Source of the DNA: Candidatus Niyogibacteria bacterium
GTDB lineage: Bacteria > Patescibacteriota > Minisyncoccia > HO2-45-28
DNA: 64,000 bases
Direction: 5' to 3'
NCBI GenBank assembly: GCA_016432485.1
Contig: CP066691.1
Span: 217,294-281,293, forward strand
Position 1 is the first letter of the stretch. Every line of letters begins with the position of its first letter. The notes under the pieces were generated by a model that was not told the origin of the DNA, made no database searches, and worked only from the letters and a program-made list of their open reading frames with translations. Both the position numbers and the translations under genes were made by a program. Positions 47,615 to 57,878 of this stretch are shown one piece after another.

Positions 47615-48354
47615 TGGCGGAACTAACACCTCAATCAATAATTCTTGAAATAAGAGCCGGCGCCGGCGGACAAGAGGCGTCGCTTTTTGCCGCAGAACTC
47701 GCGAATATGTATACCAAATACGCCCAGAAGCAAAACTGGAAAATAACGCTGATTAATTCTTCGCCAAGCGAGTTAGGCGGATATAAAGAAGCCATTATTG
47801 AAATATCAAATCCCGAGGCTTACGCCAAACTCAAGCAGGAGGCCGGAGTGCATCGGGTTCAACGGATTCCAGCCACGGAAAAATCCGGACGCATCCACAC
47901 TTCAACCGCGTCAGTCGCTATTCTGCCTATTTATCCGGCACAGTCTTTTGAAATAAAACCGCAGGATATTGAAGTGGAATTCACCCGTTCCGGAGGTCCC
48001 GGCGGACAAAATGTAAATAAAGTTGAAACAGCCGTAAGAATAACCCACAAGCCGTCGGGTATCGCGGTGCTTTCGCAGGATCAGCGCTCGCAGCAGTCCA
48101 ACCGCGAAAAAGCAATGAACATTTTGCGGGCAAAATTGATTGAAATGGAGACGGAGAAAAAATCCGGTTTAATTACCGAACAAAGGCGGGAACAAATCGG
48201 CACTCAAGACCGCTCGGAAAAAATACGCACTTATAATTTTCCGCAAGACCGCATCACCGACCACCGCATCGGCAAGAAATGGCACAATATTGAACGCATT
48301 TTGGCCGGCGATCTGGACCCGGTTGTTAAAGCTTTTCAACGGCAGGAAAAATAA
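47614..48354 (+). CDS. prfA: Peptide chain release factor 1 lacking the N-terminal domain
   Basis: [18 protein letters not shown] (PxT), GGQ, RTYNFPQ; only 246 aa. Confidence 0.92.
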   Translation: MAELTPQSIILEIRAGAGGQEASLFAAELANMYTKYAQKQNWKITLINSSPSELGGYKEAIIEISNPEAYAKLKQEAGVHRVQRIPATEKSGRIHTSTASVAILPIYPAQSFEIKPQDIEVEFTRSGGPGGQNVNKVETAVRITHKPSGIAVLSQDQRSQQSNREKAMNILRAKLIEMETEKKSGLITEQRREQIGTQDRSEKIRTYNFPQDRITDHRIGKKWHNIERILAGDLDPVVKAFQRQEK

Positions 48355-48409
48355 AAATGGGGAAAATAAGAAAAATAAAAACTTGGACACGCCGTGTCCA
48401 AGTTTGCCT

Positions 48410-49192
48410 CTAACTCGCGAGATATCCGCCGTCAACCGGAAGAATCATTCCATTTATGAACTGGGAGGAGGTAATTAAAAACCGCACGGCTTCGGCCACT
48501 TCTTCCGGCGCGCCTTTTCTATGAAACGGCACGCGCTTTTTGTATTCTGCCCAAGCCGCTTCCGGAAGGCCGGCGGTCATAGAAGTATCAATAATACCCG
48601 GAGCAACCGCGTTGACAGTGATGTCAAAGGGATGTCCGTTTTTATTAAACGGCGCCTCTAGAGCAAGGGTCTTAGTTAAACTCTCAAGCGCCGCTTTTGA
48701 TGCCGCGTAAATCGCGTTGCCGGCATCGCCTCGGGAGCCCATGACTGATGAAAAATTAACTATTCTGCCGTAACCGCGCTCGCGCATAATCGGTAAAACC
48801 GCCTTAATCCATTCAAAAGTCGTCAAAAAATTGACGCTAAAAACCCTTATTACTTCTTCCGAGTCGGTCTTAATCAGCGGGGCCGGTTTTTGCAAAACTC
48901 CGGCGGCATTAATTAAAACATCAATTTTCCCGGTGCTCTCAAGAATCAGCGAAACATTTTGCTCAACCGAGGCCTCGGCTCCCATCAATCTTAAAAACGC
49001 TTTTCTCTCCGCTTCTTTTAAAAATGCCTGAAATCCGCCGTCCTGAAATTTTTCCGAGCAATCGCAAAGAAAAAACATGGATTCGCGCGTCCAAGCGTCA
49101 TCAATCAAAGCCAAATTCCTCGTAATCGCTCTTCCAATGCCTCCGGCCGCGCCCGTAATCACTATCGTCTTGCCCACGCGCATCCTCCTCAA
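48410..49192 (-). CDS. SDR oxidoreductase, FabG-like
   Basis: TGAAGGIG, NAAG, YAASK, VNAVAPG, VDGG. Confidence 0.92.
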   Translation of the reverse strand: MRRMRVGKTIVITGAAGGIGRAITRNLALIDDAWTRESMFFLCDCSEKFQDGGFQAFLKEAERKAFLRLMGAEASVEQNVSLILESTGKIDVLINAAGVLQKPAPLIKTDSEEVIRVFSVNFLTTFEWIKAVLPIMRERGYGRIVNFSSVMGSRGDAGNAIYAASKAALESLTKTLALEAPFNKNGHPFDITVNAVAPGIIDTSMTAGLPEAAWAEYKKRVPFHRKGAPEEVAEAVRFLITSSQFINGMILPVDGGYLAS

Positions 49193-49229
49193 TCAAAGTT
49201 CAAAGACCCATCAAACCTTATCGCAAAAC

Positions 49230-50546
49230 CTATCTTTGCGCAAGAATTATATTCATCTGTTCTTGATATTTTGAGGCCAAAGACATCACATCATCTCCGT
49301 AAAAAGCGTAAGCCGGCTTAGACCAATTTCCGCCAGCCAAGTATCTCAAGGCCGCGCGGCGTTCGGCCTGATATGTCCCTTCGGCCGCGCCGTTGTCTTT
49401 CAAAAGAAGAGCTGAAGCCATAAAAGCGTCCTCGGCGTCCCAGGGATTTGGCGGATTGTGGCCGGTATGACGCGCGACTAAATTTTTATACAAAAGCCAG
49501 GTTGTGGGTATGAATTGCGCGGGGCCCATGGCGCCTCCGCAATATCCATACCAGGCCTTTTTTGAAACGGGCATTAAATCCGGGTTTAATCCCAATTCGG
49601 ATGTAATTTCCTGAAAAGCCGTACGCTGTTTGGCGCATCTGGAATGGCTCAAATCTTCACGCCAGTTTCCGGTCCCGACATTGGCGCCAAGATTTGATTC
49701 TTCGGCAATTACGCCAAGCAAAAAAGCCGGCCTGACGCCTGTTTTTTGGAAGGCCTTATTGGCAAGTTCCACTGCGCGCTCAAAAGGAATATCGGGAGAA
49801 CCGGTTAAAAGAAAAAGCTGGCTGCGAATGGTGGCGGCGTCTTTTTGTTTGGCCGAGAGAACTTTCTGATATTCGGCTTCTTTGCCCTTGGTAATTTTCA
49901 GCAGATTTTTCTTTTCGGTCTCCCGTTCCTCAATCCTGTTTTTTTCCAAAACCTGCAGGGATTTTAACTGATTTTCTTCGGCCTTGCGGGCCTCCAAATC
50001 GTCTATTTCGTTCTCGGTAATCAACTTTGTCTCTCTGATTAAAGCTATGGATTCGTGAATTGACTGCTGTACGGCTTCCATATTATCAAGTTCGGCGAAA
50101 AATTCCGAAAGATCATCTCCTCCGATAAGCGTTTCAATCAAAGAAGTATGGTCCAGCTCGTCAAGACGGCGCAAAAGTTCAGACAAAGAATTTTTCTCGC
50201 GCCCGACTTTAGATAAGAGTTCGTCTATCTTGACCGACTTCGCGCCGATGCTGTTTATAATATTTTTAATGGCAATATCCCGCGCCTTAATTTCAAGCTG
50301 GGCTTTTTTTATTTGGGCATCAAGTATGGAGATATCGCGCTCAAAACTTGCCGATTCCTGCTGTTTTCCTAAAATCAGCGAGCGAAAACCGTCTATCTGC
50401 CCTTCTAAATCAGAAAGCTCCTTTTCAAGTTCCGCCCGCCTGTTACCCACATCTTCCGGACTTACGGTTTGGGCCAAAGCCGTAATCAAGAAAATTCCAA
50501 CGCTAACTGCCGCGGACACTACGGCGAGTAATGTTCTTTTACGCAT
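49230..50546 (-). CDS. Coiled-coil plus lytic murein transglycosylase domain protein
   Basis: Signal peptide, long coiled coil, EES, GAMGPAQFIPTTW. Confidence 0.85.
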   Translation of the reverse strand: MRKRTLLAVVSAAVSVGIFLITALAQTVSPEDVGNRRAELEKELSDLEGQIDGFRSLILGKQQESASFERDISILDAQIKKAQLEIKARDIAIKNIINSIGAKSVKIDELLSKVGREKNSLSELLRRLDELDHTSLIETLIGGDDLSEFFAELDNMEAVQQSIHESIALIRETKLITENEIDDLEARKAEENQLKSLQVLEKNRIEERETEKKNLLKITKGKEAEYQKVLSAKQKDAATIRSQLFLLTGSPDIPFERAVELANKAFQKTGVRPAFLLGVIAEESNLGANVGTGNWREDLSHSRCAKQRTAFQEITSELGLNPDLMPVSKKAWYGYCGGAMGPAQFIPTTWLLYKNLVARHTGHNPPNPWDAEDAFMASALLLKDNGAAEGTYQAERRAALRYLAGGNWSKPAYAFYGDDVMSLASKYQEQMNIILAQR

Positions 50547-50566
50547 TAAATATATTATATCAGAAA

Positions 50567-51286
50567 TTATTTAGCTTCCTTAGCTCTTTTCTCTTCTTTC
50601 GCTTTCACGGGCGGCCCTGCTTTCGTTCCTGATTTTTCTTCAACCGCCGCTTCTTCAGCTATTTCTTCTTTTTTACCCTTCTTATCTACTACTTCTATTC
50701 CCTCAAGAGTCGGGGCTTCGGACGGAGCCTCTTCTTCGGCTTTAGGTTCTTCCACCAGCGCCATCACGTCTTCGGAACCGGCCAAAACTTTAACGCCCGC
50801 GGGCAATTTCAAATCTTTAATTAAAAATCTGTCGTTAAAAGCGACTAGTCCTGAAATATCCACTTCAAGCTCGTGAGGCAAATCTTTAGGCAGGGCCTCA
50901 ATTTCAATTTCGTGCATTACTTTGACAAGCGAACCGCCTAAGTTTTTGACTGCCGGAGATTCACCTATAAATGTAATAGATACCATGGCTTGAATCGGCT
51001 TATCCATTCGCACGGCGTAAAAATCAACATGTATAGGTAAACCGTTTATAGAGTCGCGCTGAATGTCTTTTATCAAAACATTTTTTTTCTGCCCGTCAAA
51101 ATCCAGTTCAATCAAGCTTGATTCTCCGGCTTCTTCCCAAGTTTTTTGGAAATCTTTTAAATCAATTTCCAGCGGCTGCGGCTTTTCCGTTCCGCCATAA
51201 ACTACGGCGGGTATCAGGCCGCTCTTTTGAAGGGTCTTGGATTTTTTGCCAAAAACTATTCTGGTTTTTGCTTTAATGACCAGCAT
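50567..51286 (-). CDS. rplY: 50S ribosomal protein L25/Ctc
   Basis: IPAVVYG, HVDFY, LPHELEVDIS. Confidence 0.96.
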   Translation of the reverse strand: MLVIKAKTRIVFGKKSKTLQKSGLIPAVVYGGTEKPQPLEIDLKDFQKTWEEAGESSLIELDFDGQKKNVLIKDIQRDSINGLPIHVDFYAVRMDKPIQAMVSITFIGESPAVKNLGGSLVKVMHEIEIEALPKDLPHELEVDISGLVAFNDRFLIKDLKLPAGVKVLAGSEDVMALVEEPKAEEEAPSEAPTLEGIEVVDKKGKKEEIAEEAAVEEKSGTKAGPPVKAKEEKRAKEAK

Positions 51287-51307
51287 AACAAACTGAGTAT
51301 ATCTTTT

Positions 51308-52285
51308 TTACTTATTTTTTACAATATCCGGCGGCTCGCGGCCTTCAAGGGCGGCAATGATATTTTCGGCGGCAAGTTCGGACATGGCCGAGCGGGTCTC
51401 CTCGGTGGCTGACGCGATATGAGGAGTTAAAATCACATTTTCGAGTTCAGTTAGCCCCGGCGCAAGTTTTGGTTCCCGTTCAAAAACATCAATGGCCGCG
51501 CCGCGTATGGTTTTATTTTTAAGCGCTTCCGCCAAAGCGGTTTCGTCTACGATCGGCCCGCGGGAAGTGTTTATCAAATACGCAGTCGGCTTCATCTGGC
51601 TCAATCTTTCAGTGTTAATCAGATGTTGAGTGGATTCCAAAAGAGGCACATGAATAGAAACATAATCGGCTTCTCGCAATAAATCCTCCAATTTTTCTTT
51701 GTAAATCGCGCCGAACTCGCGCTCAAAATCCCCGTTTCGTTTTATATCGTTATAAATGATTTTAGCGTCAAATCCTTTTACGGCGTGATGCGCGACGCGA
51801 GAGCCAATTCTGCCAAGGCCGACAATACCGATTGTTTTGCCCGATAAATCGTTTCCCAAAAGCATCATCGGCGCCCAGCCGTCGTATTTTCCCGCTCTTG
51901 TGAATTTATCCGCTTCAACTACGCGGTGAGAAATCGCAAGCATAAGCGCGAAGGTGTGTTCGGCTACGGTGTTTGTCAAAACACCGGGGGTATTTGAAAT
52001 CATAATCCCCCGTTCCTCCGCCGCTTTCAAATCAATATTATCAAAACCGACGGCGTAATTCGCGAAAATTTTTGCGCTTTTGCCCGCCGCGTCTAGTACT
52101 TCGCCGTCAATTTTATCCGTCAGCAAACATAAAACCGCGTCGTATTTGTCGGCTTTGAGGGCTGTTATCAGCTCTGATTTATCCAAAACTCTGTCTTCTG
52201 GATTCACCACCACTTCATGCCCCGCCTCTTTTAATTTACTGATTCCGGCCTCAGGAATCATTCTGGTAACAAAAACTTTTGCCAT
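51308..52285 (-). CDS. D-2-hydroxyacid dehydrogenase (glyoxylate reductase-like)
   Basis: AVGFDNID, NTPGVL, GLGRIG, INTSRG, TPHIASA. Confidence 0.95.
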   Translation of the reverse strand: MAKVFVTRMIPEAGISKLKEAGHEVVVNPEDRVLDKSELITALKADKYDAVLCLLTDKIDGEVLDAAGKSAKIFANYAVGFDNIDLKAAEERGIMISNTPGVLTNTVAEHTFALMLAISHRVVEADKFTRAGKYDGWAPMMLLGNDLSGKTIGIVGLGRIGSRVAHHAVKGFDAKIIYNDIKRNGDFEREFGAIYKEKLEDLLREADYVSIHVPLLESTQHLINTERLSQMKPTAYLINTSRGPIVDETALAEALKNKTIRGAAIDVFEREPKLAPGLTELENVILTPHIASATEETRSAMSELAAENIIAALEGREPPDIVKNK

Positions 52286-52365
52286 ATATTGATTTTACAT
52301 TAAATACGTAATAAATCAAAAATGCCCCGCGAGCAATGCCCGCGGGGCGAAATTTATTCCGGATA

Positions 52366-53346
52366 TCACAAAGATTTTTCAAAAAATCTTAATAGGTTTT
52401 TGCCAAGAACTCCGACTATCCTTTTCCAGAGAGACGCGCTTAAACTAATTTCGTCTTCAATTTTTTCCATCATATCCGGCCCGGTCAAATCTTCAACATA
52501 TTCTGGGAAACGAACCCGCATTTTTCCATCGGGGTCCAGCTTTGATTTCTTCATATTAAAGTTTTTCCTGGCTTCTTCCGAACCGACATTTACGTGCGGA
52601 GCATCACTGCCAATGCAGACGCTGTCAGCCGGCAGTTCTCGAATGGCGTACCGAAAATGCTTAATAAAGGCCTCGGGACTGTTGTCCTTCTCGTCAAGCA
52701 AAAAGGTCTGAATAAGTAAACCGACTACGCCCCCCATATCCGCGATTTGTTGAAGCAGACTTATGGAGAGATTACGCGGATGTTTATAAACCTGAAAAAC
52801 GCCCGTGTGTGACGCAAACACCGGCAAACCAGCGAAATTTTTTATGACGAATACAATGGCATCTTGCGCCGTCTGATGGCTGGCATGAGAAAGATCAAGA
52901 ATCATTCCGTTTTCCGCCAAGGCCTTAAGAAATTTTTCGCCTTCCTTTGTTAGTCCCATGTCAGGATTTTTCCATCCGCTGCCAAAAGAATTCTTTTCAT
53001 CATAAGCAATTCCCATTACGCGAATTCCTGCCTGATAAAGTTTACCGATATCGTCGGGCTCGGCATCTTCGGGCACGTGCTGCATACCAAGAACAACGGC
53101 TGTTCTGTTATTATAAGTGTCAACTGTATTAAACTCGTCTAACTCTTCTTTCGACCGTACAACCCTCAATCTCGGCTGATTTTCAATCTGTTTCAAAAAA
53201 TCATTATGCGCCTTAAGCGCCTCGTCCATCGTCTTTGCCCACGGCGGCACGGAAGTTAAATGCACCAAATCAAGCCGTAATTCAGGGTCAACTTGAATTT
53301 TTCCGCCGGGCAGGCCCAAAAACCCAAGAGAATCGGCGTAATACAT
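52366..53346 (-). CDS. Peptidase M19 (membrane dipeptidase)-like protein with degenerate metal ligands; start ATG 53346
   Basis: GLTKEG, DLSHAS, ASHT, HPRNL, IGSD; SD AAGGAGGT. Confidence 0.8.
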   Translation of the reverse strand: MYYADSLGFLGLPGGKIQVDPELRLDLVHLTSVPPWAKTMDEALKAHNDFLKQIENQPRLRVVRSKEELDEFNTVDTYNNRTAVVLGMQHVPEDAEPDDIGKLYQAGIRVMGIAYDEKNSFGSGWKNPDMGLTKEGEKFLKALAENGMILDLSHASHQTAQDAIVFVIKNFAGLPVFASHTGVFQVYKHPRNLSISLLQQIADMGGVVGLLIQTFLLDEKDNSPEAFIKHFRYAIRELPADSVCIGSDAPHVNVGSEEARKNFNMKKSKLDPDGKMRVRFPEYVEDLTGPDMMEKIEDEISLSASLWKRIVGVLGKNLLRFFEKSL

Positions 53347-53431
53347 CTCTTTACCTCCTTTCTTTTTTCTAGGCATTTTTCAAATCCGGCATAAAGTTAG
53401 CACATTACTTAACTATTGTCAAATCTTTTTA

Positions 53432-54358
53432 TTACTTTTGGATTTTGGCCAAATCCGGATCATCAAAAATTTCAGTAGTTTTCCATCGATCTTCCCGCTC
53501 ATTAAAATCAAGCCGCGCGATTTTGGCAATCTTTTTTCTGGCCTCTTCAAGACCGGGCTGCTGAAGTATTTTTTCAATTATCCTCATTAGTTCTTTGTCC
53601 TCTTTTTGCAAGGCCCGCTCAATACCATGATGAGCGGCGCCAAAAATGGCGGCCAGTTCCGGCTTTTCTGATACTTCTCCGGATTCGGCTCTTAAATGTC
53701 CGGCTATGGCGCGCATTTTTTTAGCAGCAAGATGATTGCGCAAAGTTAAAATTATTTTCTCGGTTTCCGGATGAATCCTTTCGTTTAAATCCATTAAAAA
53801 TCTGCTAACGGCGCGGGTGGCGCTTTGTTCATCTACTCTTTTCCTCTCTAAAATTGCTGATATGGACATCGATGTGTGACTAAAAAAATAAAGCCCGGCG
53901 GCTGCCTTTGCTGACTTTTTTAAAAACTCGCGCCGACTTATCTTTTTCTCCGAAGTAAAATCTTTGGACAAAGATGCCAATAAGAAAATTCCCAATGTAG
54001 GTTCAACAATCTGTAATATCGTCTCTATATTCATACGCATTTCTGCTTCAGAAATATCAGCCAAAAAGACAGGTCTTTTTTCTTTTTCAATGCGCTCTAT
54101 AACAGGACGATACTGGACAAAATGCCTCGCCCAAGAGTTCATTGTATTTTCAGCTCGGACGGGTGTTGAATAATCTCCTATCGTTTCCAAAAAAACCGCG
54201 TCTGCTTTACCGATATCCTCCGGCTTTTGAGGAACAGTGTGCACGCCGTAAACAATACGAAATTTTGCTTCTGGCGATTCAATCAAAACCGCGTTTTCAG
54301 TTAATCCCTCTTTGATATCCGGCCCTTTTTTAATTTCCAAACCCTCAAAACCTTTCAT
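53432..54358 (-). CDS. Hypothetical protein; probable start ATG 54358
   Basis: Long ORF directly after fba; YGVH and FGAAH motifs. Confidence 0.6.
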   Translation of the reverse strand: MKGFEGLEIKKGPDIKEGLTENAVLIESPEAKFRIVYGVHTVPQKPEDIGKADAVFLETIGDYSTPVRAENTMNSWARHFVQYRPVIERIEKEKRPVFLADISEAEMRMNIETILQIVEPTLGIFLLASLSKDFTSEKKISRREFLKKSAKAAAGLYFFSHTSMSISAILERKRVDEQSATRAVSRFLMDLNERIHPETEKIILTLRNHLAAKKMRAIAGHLRAESGEVSEKPELAAIFGAAHHGIERALQKEDKELMRIIEKILQQPGLEEARKKIAKIARLDFNEREDRWKTTEIFDDPDLAKIQK

Positions 54359-54359
54359 A

Positions 54360-55226
54360 TCAGACCCTGTTTTTACTCCCGAAAAGTTCCAGCTTTTCCG
54401 AAACTTTAGCGGAAACCGCCTCAACCACCGGTTTATAAATTTTATAAGGCGTTGTCTCTTCGGGCGCGGCTTGAAGCATTTTGCGAAGAGCGTCAACATA
54501 TGCCGCGCGGATTTCGGTTGAAATATGGATATTATTGAATCCCGACTTCACGGCCTCCCGCATTTGCTCATCGGAAACGCCTGAGCCGCCGTGTAAAACC
54601 ATGGCCGTATCAGAAGGCAAAACCGCGCGCAGTTTTTTAATAAGTTCAAAATCAAGTTTCGGTTCGTTGGCCGCAATACCATGAAGATTTCCTACGGCCG
54701 GCGCGAAACGGTCAACGCCGGTTTCCTGCACGAATTTCAGCGCCTCTTCCGGTTTGGTCAAACTTTCCTGCGGAATTTCAAATGACTCTTTATAAATTTT
54801 TGACGATTCGGTGACCAGATAGCCGAGCTCGCCCTCAACGCTTATCTCCGGATTAACGGATTTGGCGTATTCAACAACTCTTTTTGTTTCTTCCAGATTT
54901 TTTCTGTAATTTTCGCGCGACAAGTCAATCAAAACCGAATCGTATCCGGAGTCAATCGCCTCACGCGCTTTTTCAAAACCGTGAAAATGGTCGGCGTTTA
55001 AAAAAATGGGCAGGCCCGCTTCTTCTTCAGCCGCGTCAATCATGACCCTAGCCATTTTAAAGCGGATGAAATCGGCCTCTCCTTCGGATGTGCCTATCAT
55101 TACAGGCGAACGCGCGCTTAAACAAGCCGAAACGACCCCTTTTAACTGGACGAGATTAGAAATATTAAAATGCGGCATTGCCCACCCCTCATCCAAAGCT
55201 TTAGCCAACCATTCCTTTAAACCCAT
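54360..55226 (-). CDS. fba: Class II fructose-bisphosphate aldolase
   Basis: NADH, VEGELG, AVGNLHG, VLHGGSG. Confidence 0.95.
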   Translation of the reverse strand: MGLKEWLAKALDEGWAMPHFNISNLVQLKGVVSACLSARSPVMIGTSEGEADFIRFKMARVMIDAAEEEAGLPIFLNADHFHGFEKAREAIDSGYDSVLIDLSRENYRKNLEETKRVVEYAKSVNPEISVEGELGYLVTESSKIYKESFEIPQESLTKPEEALKFVQETGVDRFAPAVGNLHGIAANEPKLDFELIKKLRAVLPSDTAMVLHGGSGVSDEQMREAVKSGFNNIHISTEIRAAYVDALRKMLQAAPEETTPYKIYKPVVEAVSAKVSEKLELFGSKNRV

Positions 55227-55253
55227 TATTTTTTAAAATTGATAATTGATAAT

Positions 55254-56525
55254 TTACAACGTTACATATCCCTTTGAAAAATTCTTTATGACCATCCTGC
55301 GCGTTTCTTCTTTGCCGACATAAGAAGCGAAGATTTTATTCCAAAGCGCTTCCTGATGATGGTAAAGATATTTTATCATCTCCTTTTCTTTGACCAAAGC
55401 CATTACCGTATCAATCAGATTGAAACTGACCAGGATGTTGGCGCCGGATTCAGTCGGAAAATGGTTCCCCACCCAACCCAAATCGTGCCAAAAACTCAAA
55501 TCAAGCCCCGGAAATTTTTCATTGATGTGCGCGATATTCTCTTCGGCCTTGGACCAATGGATGGCCTCCGGGTTAATATGCGGCTCAAAAAGCCGCCAGT
55601 CATTCTCGTCGTCTTTAGCCAAATATCTTTGTACTATCATCCAATTCAGCTTACGGCTGTCAGGAAGGCGTTTATCCAAAACATCACCCCTAAGGGAAGC
55701 CGTCAAAAAATTGGAAAATGTTTCGGAAAACCACAGCGGGTCTTGAGGGTGTTCGGCGTGTTCATAAAACATATCGGAATAAAAAGTTATTTCGTGCAAA
55801 TAATGCAAAATAAGGGTAAAGAGCCGCAGGGATTCGCCGGGCGTTTTAATGTCTTGGGGCAAAACGAAAATCAGCCCCAACTCTTTTAAGTGGCTGACAT
55901 TGTGATATTTCTTTTCCATAAATTTTTCAGCCAATCGTATCCAATTGTTGCCCAAAACCAAAAGGTCTATTTTTCTTCTTTCAAAATCATCCGGCGTCAA
56001 TTCGGAATATGGAGCGAAAAAAACATTGTTCAGCCAATCTCGGTCTTCGGCAAAACGAAGGGCCGAAAAAACCTTTCTTATATCTTCTTTGGCCAAAAGG
56101 TCTTTGATGTCGCCTGCGCCGAAAAAAGACATAATATTTTTCGGCGGATTCATCCGAAGCAGCTCTTCGGCCTTTGACCATTTAAGAAAAAATCCTTCAC
56201 CGACCATGGACAACTCATCCGCTTTTTCGGTTAAAATGCGATAACTTTCGGGGTCGGTTCCGGCGCGTATTCCAAAAGCGCGCGCAAGAGATTCATCGTC
56301 TTCCTGAACTTTTTTAATCAGCGCGCGGTATATCGTGACCGCATGTACATCGCTGATTTTTAACTCCTTTAAAACGGACTCTATGCGCCTGTGATTTTCT
56401 AGGCATACGCTCGCGACAACCCCGGATTTACCGAAACGCTTAGCCATCATTTCATCCATATGCGCGAGAGTATCCTGGTCAACGCGCAAAATCCCGGCAA
56501 GGCATTTTAACGGGTCTTCATTCAT
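55254..56525 (-). CDS. Hypothetical protein in the sugar-phosphate operon
   Basis: 423-aa ORF, ATGA-coupled to the kinase gene; HNVSHLKELG, HYLHE. Confidence 0.75.
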   Translation of the reverse strand: MNEDPLKCLAGILRVDQDTLAHMDEMMAKRFGKSGVVASVCLENHRRIESVLKELKISDVHAVTIYRALIKKVQEDDESLARAFGIRAGTDPESYRILTEKADELSMVGEGFFLKWSKAEELLRMNPPKNIMSFFGAGDIKDLLAKEDIRKVFSALRFAEDRDWLNNVFFAPYSELTPDDFERRKIDLLVLGNNWIRLAEKFMEKKYHNVSHLKELGLIFVLPQDIKTPGESLRLFTLILHYLHEITFYSDMFYEHAEHPQDPLWFSETFSNFLTASLRGDVLDKRLPDSRKLNWMIVQRYLAKDDENDWRLFEPHINPEAIHWSKAEENIAHINEKFPGLDLSFWHDLGWVGNHFPTESGANILVSFNLIDTVMALVKEKEMIKYLYHHQEALWNKIFASYVGKEETRRMVIKNFSKGYVTL

Positions 56526-57514
56526 ATTTTTTCAGACGAAATCTTTAATTTAGACCAGCGCGCTTTTAAGAATTCTTTTTTGGTAATAAGTCCGGCTTTG
56601 GCCCCCACGCGCTCAACTTTGGAAGTGGCATTGGCATTAGCCAGACGAAGAGCAAAAATAATATTTTTGGGCTTTCGCATAAGGCCGGCCGTAAACCCCG
56701 AACCAAAGGCATCGCCAGCTCCGGTGCGGTCAACGATGGCTTTTTCTTTGAATGTGCCGCTTCGCCAAATAGTTTTGCCGTCGGAAACGAACGACCCTTC
56801 GGGCCCCCTGGTCATCACGGCAATGCCGTCAATAATCTCGTCAAATTTTTTAAAAATCTTTTTTGTGTTTTGATACGGAATTTTCAAAAGGTCCGCGGCT
56901 TCTTCCTGATTGATTATAAAAATGTCAATGTGGCGTAAATACGGCTTCAGTTTGGCCAAACCTAGTTTCAAATCATTGCCTCCGGGATTCCAGGCGATAC
57001 GCGCGCCGTATTTTTTCTTAAGGTCCATCGCGCTTTTCACGATGTCCAAATCCCCCGATAATGAACTTAAATAAATCCAGCGGGCTTTAATTTTAGCCCA
57101 CGGAATTTCACTGGCGTTCAGGCGCCAATTGGCGCCTCGATGAGTTAAAATTGTCCGCTCTCCCGATGGATGTTCCAAAATAACCGAGTAAGCCGTGGAC
57201 AATTTTGAATCGCGCTGGATAAAACCGGTGTCCACTTTTTCTTTTTTCATCTCGCGCAAAACCGCTTCTCCCGAAACATCATTGCCGATTCTGAAAATTG
57301 CCGATGTTTTAAAACCTTGTCGGGCAAAGGTAGCGGCGGTGTTTGTGCCGGCGCCACCCGTTGAAAAATGAACTTCGTCAATGGCGATTTTTGTGCCCAA
57401 ATCAAAACCTAAACCCCTGCCCGTAAAAAATTTCGGGCTTTTTAGAATTTTGAAACTCTTTGACCTAAAAAGCGCGTCACGGGTAGCCGAGCCAATGGTA
57501 ATAACATCAAACAT
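56522..57514 (-). CDS. PfkB-family carbohydrate kinase
   Basis: GGAGTN, NQEE, DRTGAGDAF. Confidence 0.93.
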   Translation of the reverse strand: MFDVITIGSATRDALFRSKSFKILKSPKFFTGRGLGFDLGTKIAIDEVHFSTGGAGTNTAATFARQGFKTSAIFRIGNDVSGEAVLREMKKEKVDTGFIQRDSKLSTAYSVILEHPSGERTILTHRGANWRLNASEIPWAKIKARWIYLSSLSGDLDIVKSAMDLKKKYGARIAWNPGGNDLKLGLAKLKPYLRHIDIFIINQEEAADLLKIPYQNTKKIFKKFDEIIDGIAVMTRGPEGSFVSDGKTIWRSGTFKEKAIVDRTGAGDAFGSGFTAGLMRKPKNIIFALRLANANATSKVERVGAKAGLITKKEFLKARWSKLKISSEKI

Positions 57515-57590
57515 AAATACATTATACATTCTGTTTTCTTTAAAGTATAATAACTATGGATATTCTCGTATAGTAAGAGGGGCGCAGGCA

Positions 57591-57701
57591 ATGGTCGGAC
57601 CTGGCGGATGTCATGTTGATGTGGAAGAATGTCATTGTTCTTGCCATGAACCCGGCTCTTCCAAAGTTCATATGAAAAAGAAATTCAATAAGGTTAAATA
57701 A
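57591..57701 (+). CDS. Possible 36-aa Cys/His-rich peptide
   Basis: MVGPGGCHVDVEECHCSCHEPGSSKVH...; TATAAT upstream, hairpin downstream. Confidence 0.3.
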   Translation: MVGPGGCHVDVEECHCSCHEPGSSKVHMKKKFNKVK

Positions 57702-57800
57702 GGACTAAATGTCACCGTCTATAAAAACTATGCCGCGAATTTCGCGGCACTTTTATTTTTTTAATCCAAGAGCCCTTAGTTTAAGGCATTTTTTATTCTA

Positions 57801-57829
57801 TTGACAAAATAATGACTTTGATATATAAT
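57801..57829 (+). promoter_or_regulatory. Perfect sigma70 promoter TTGACA-17nt-TATAAT
   Basis: Exact consensus. Confidence 0.8.
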
Positions 57830-57878
57830 TAAGTAGGAAAATCTGGTTGCTGTACACCAACCATAGGGAGAAAAACAA

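Noticed and set aside
53915-53945. Twin-arginine signal SRREFLK
   Set aside because: It lies mid-protein rather than at the N-terminus, so export cannot be inferred.
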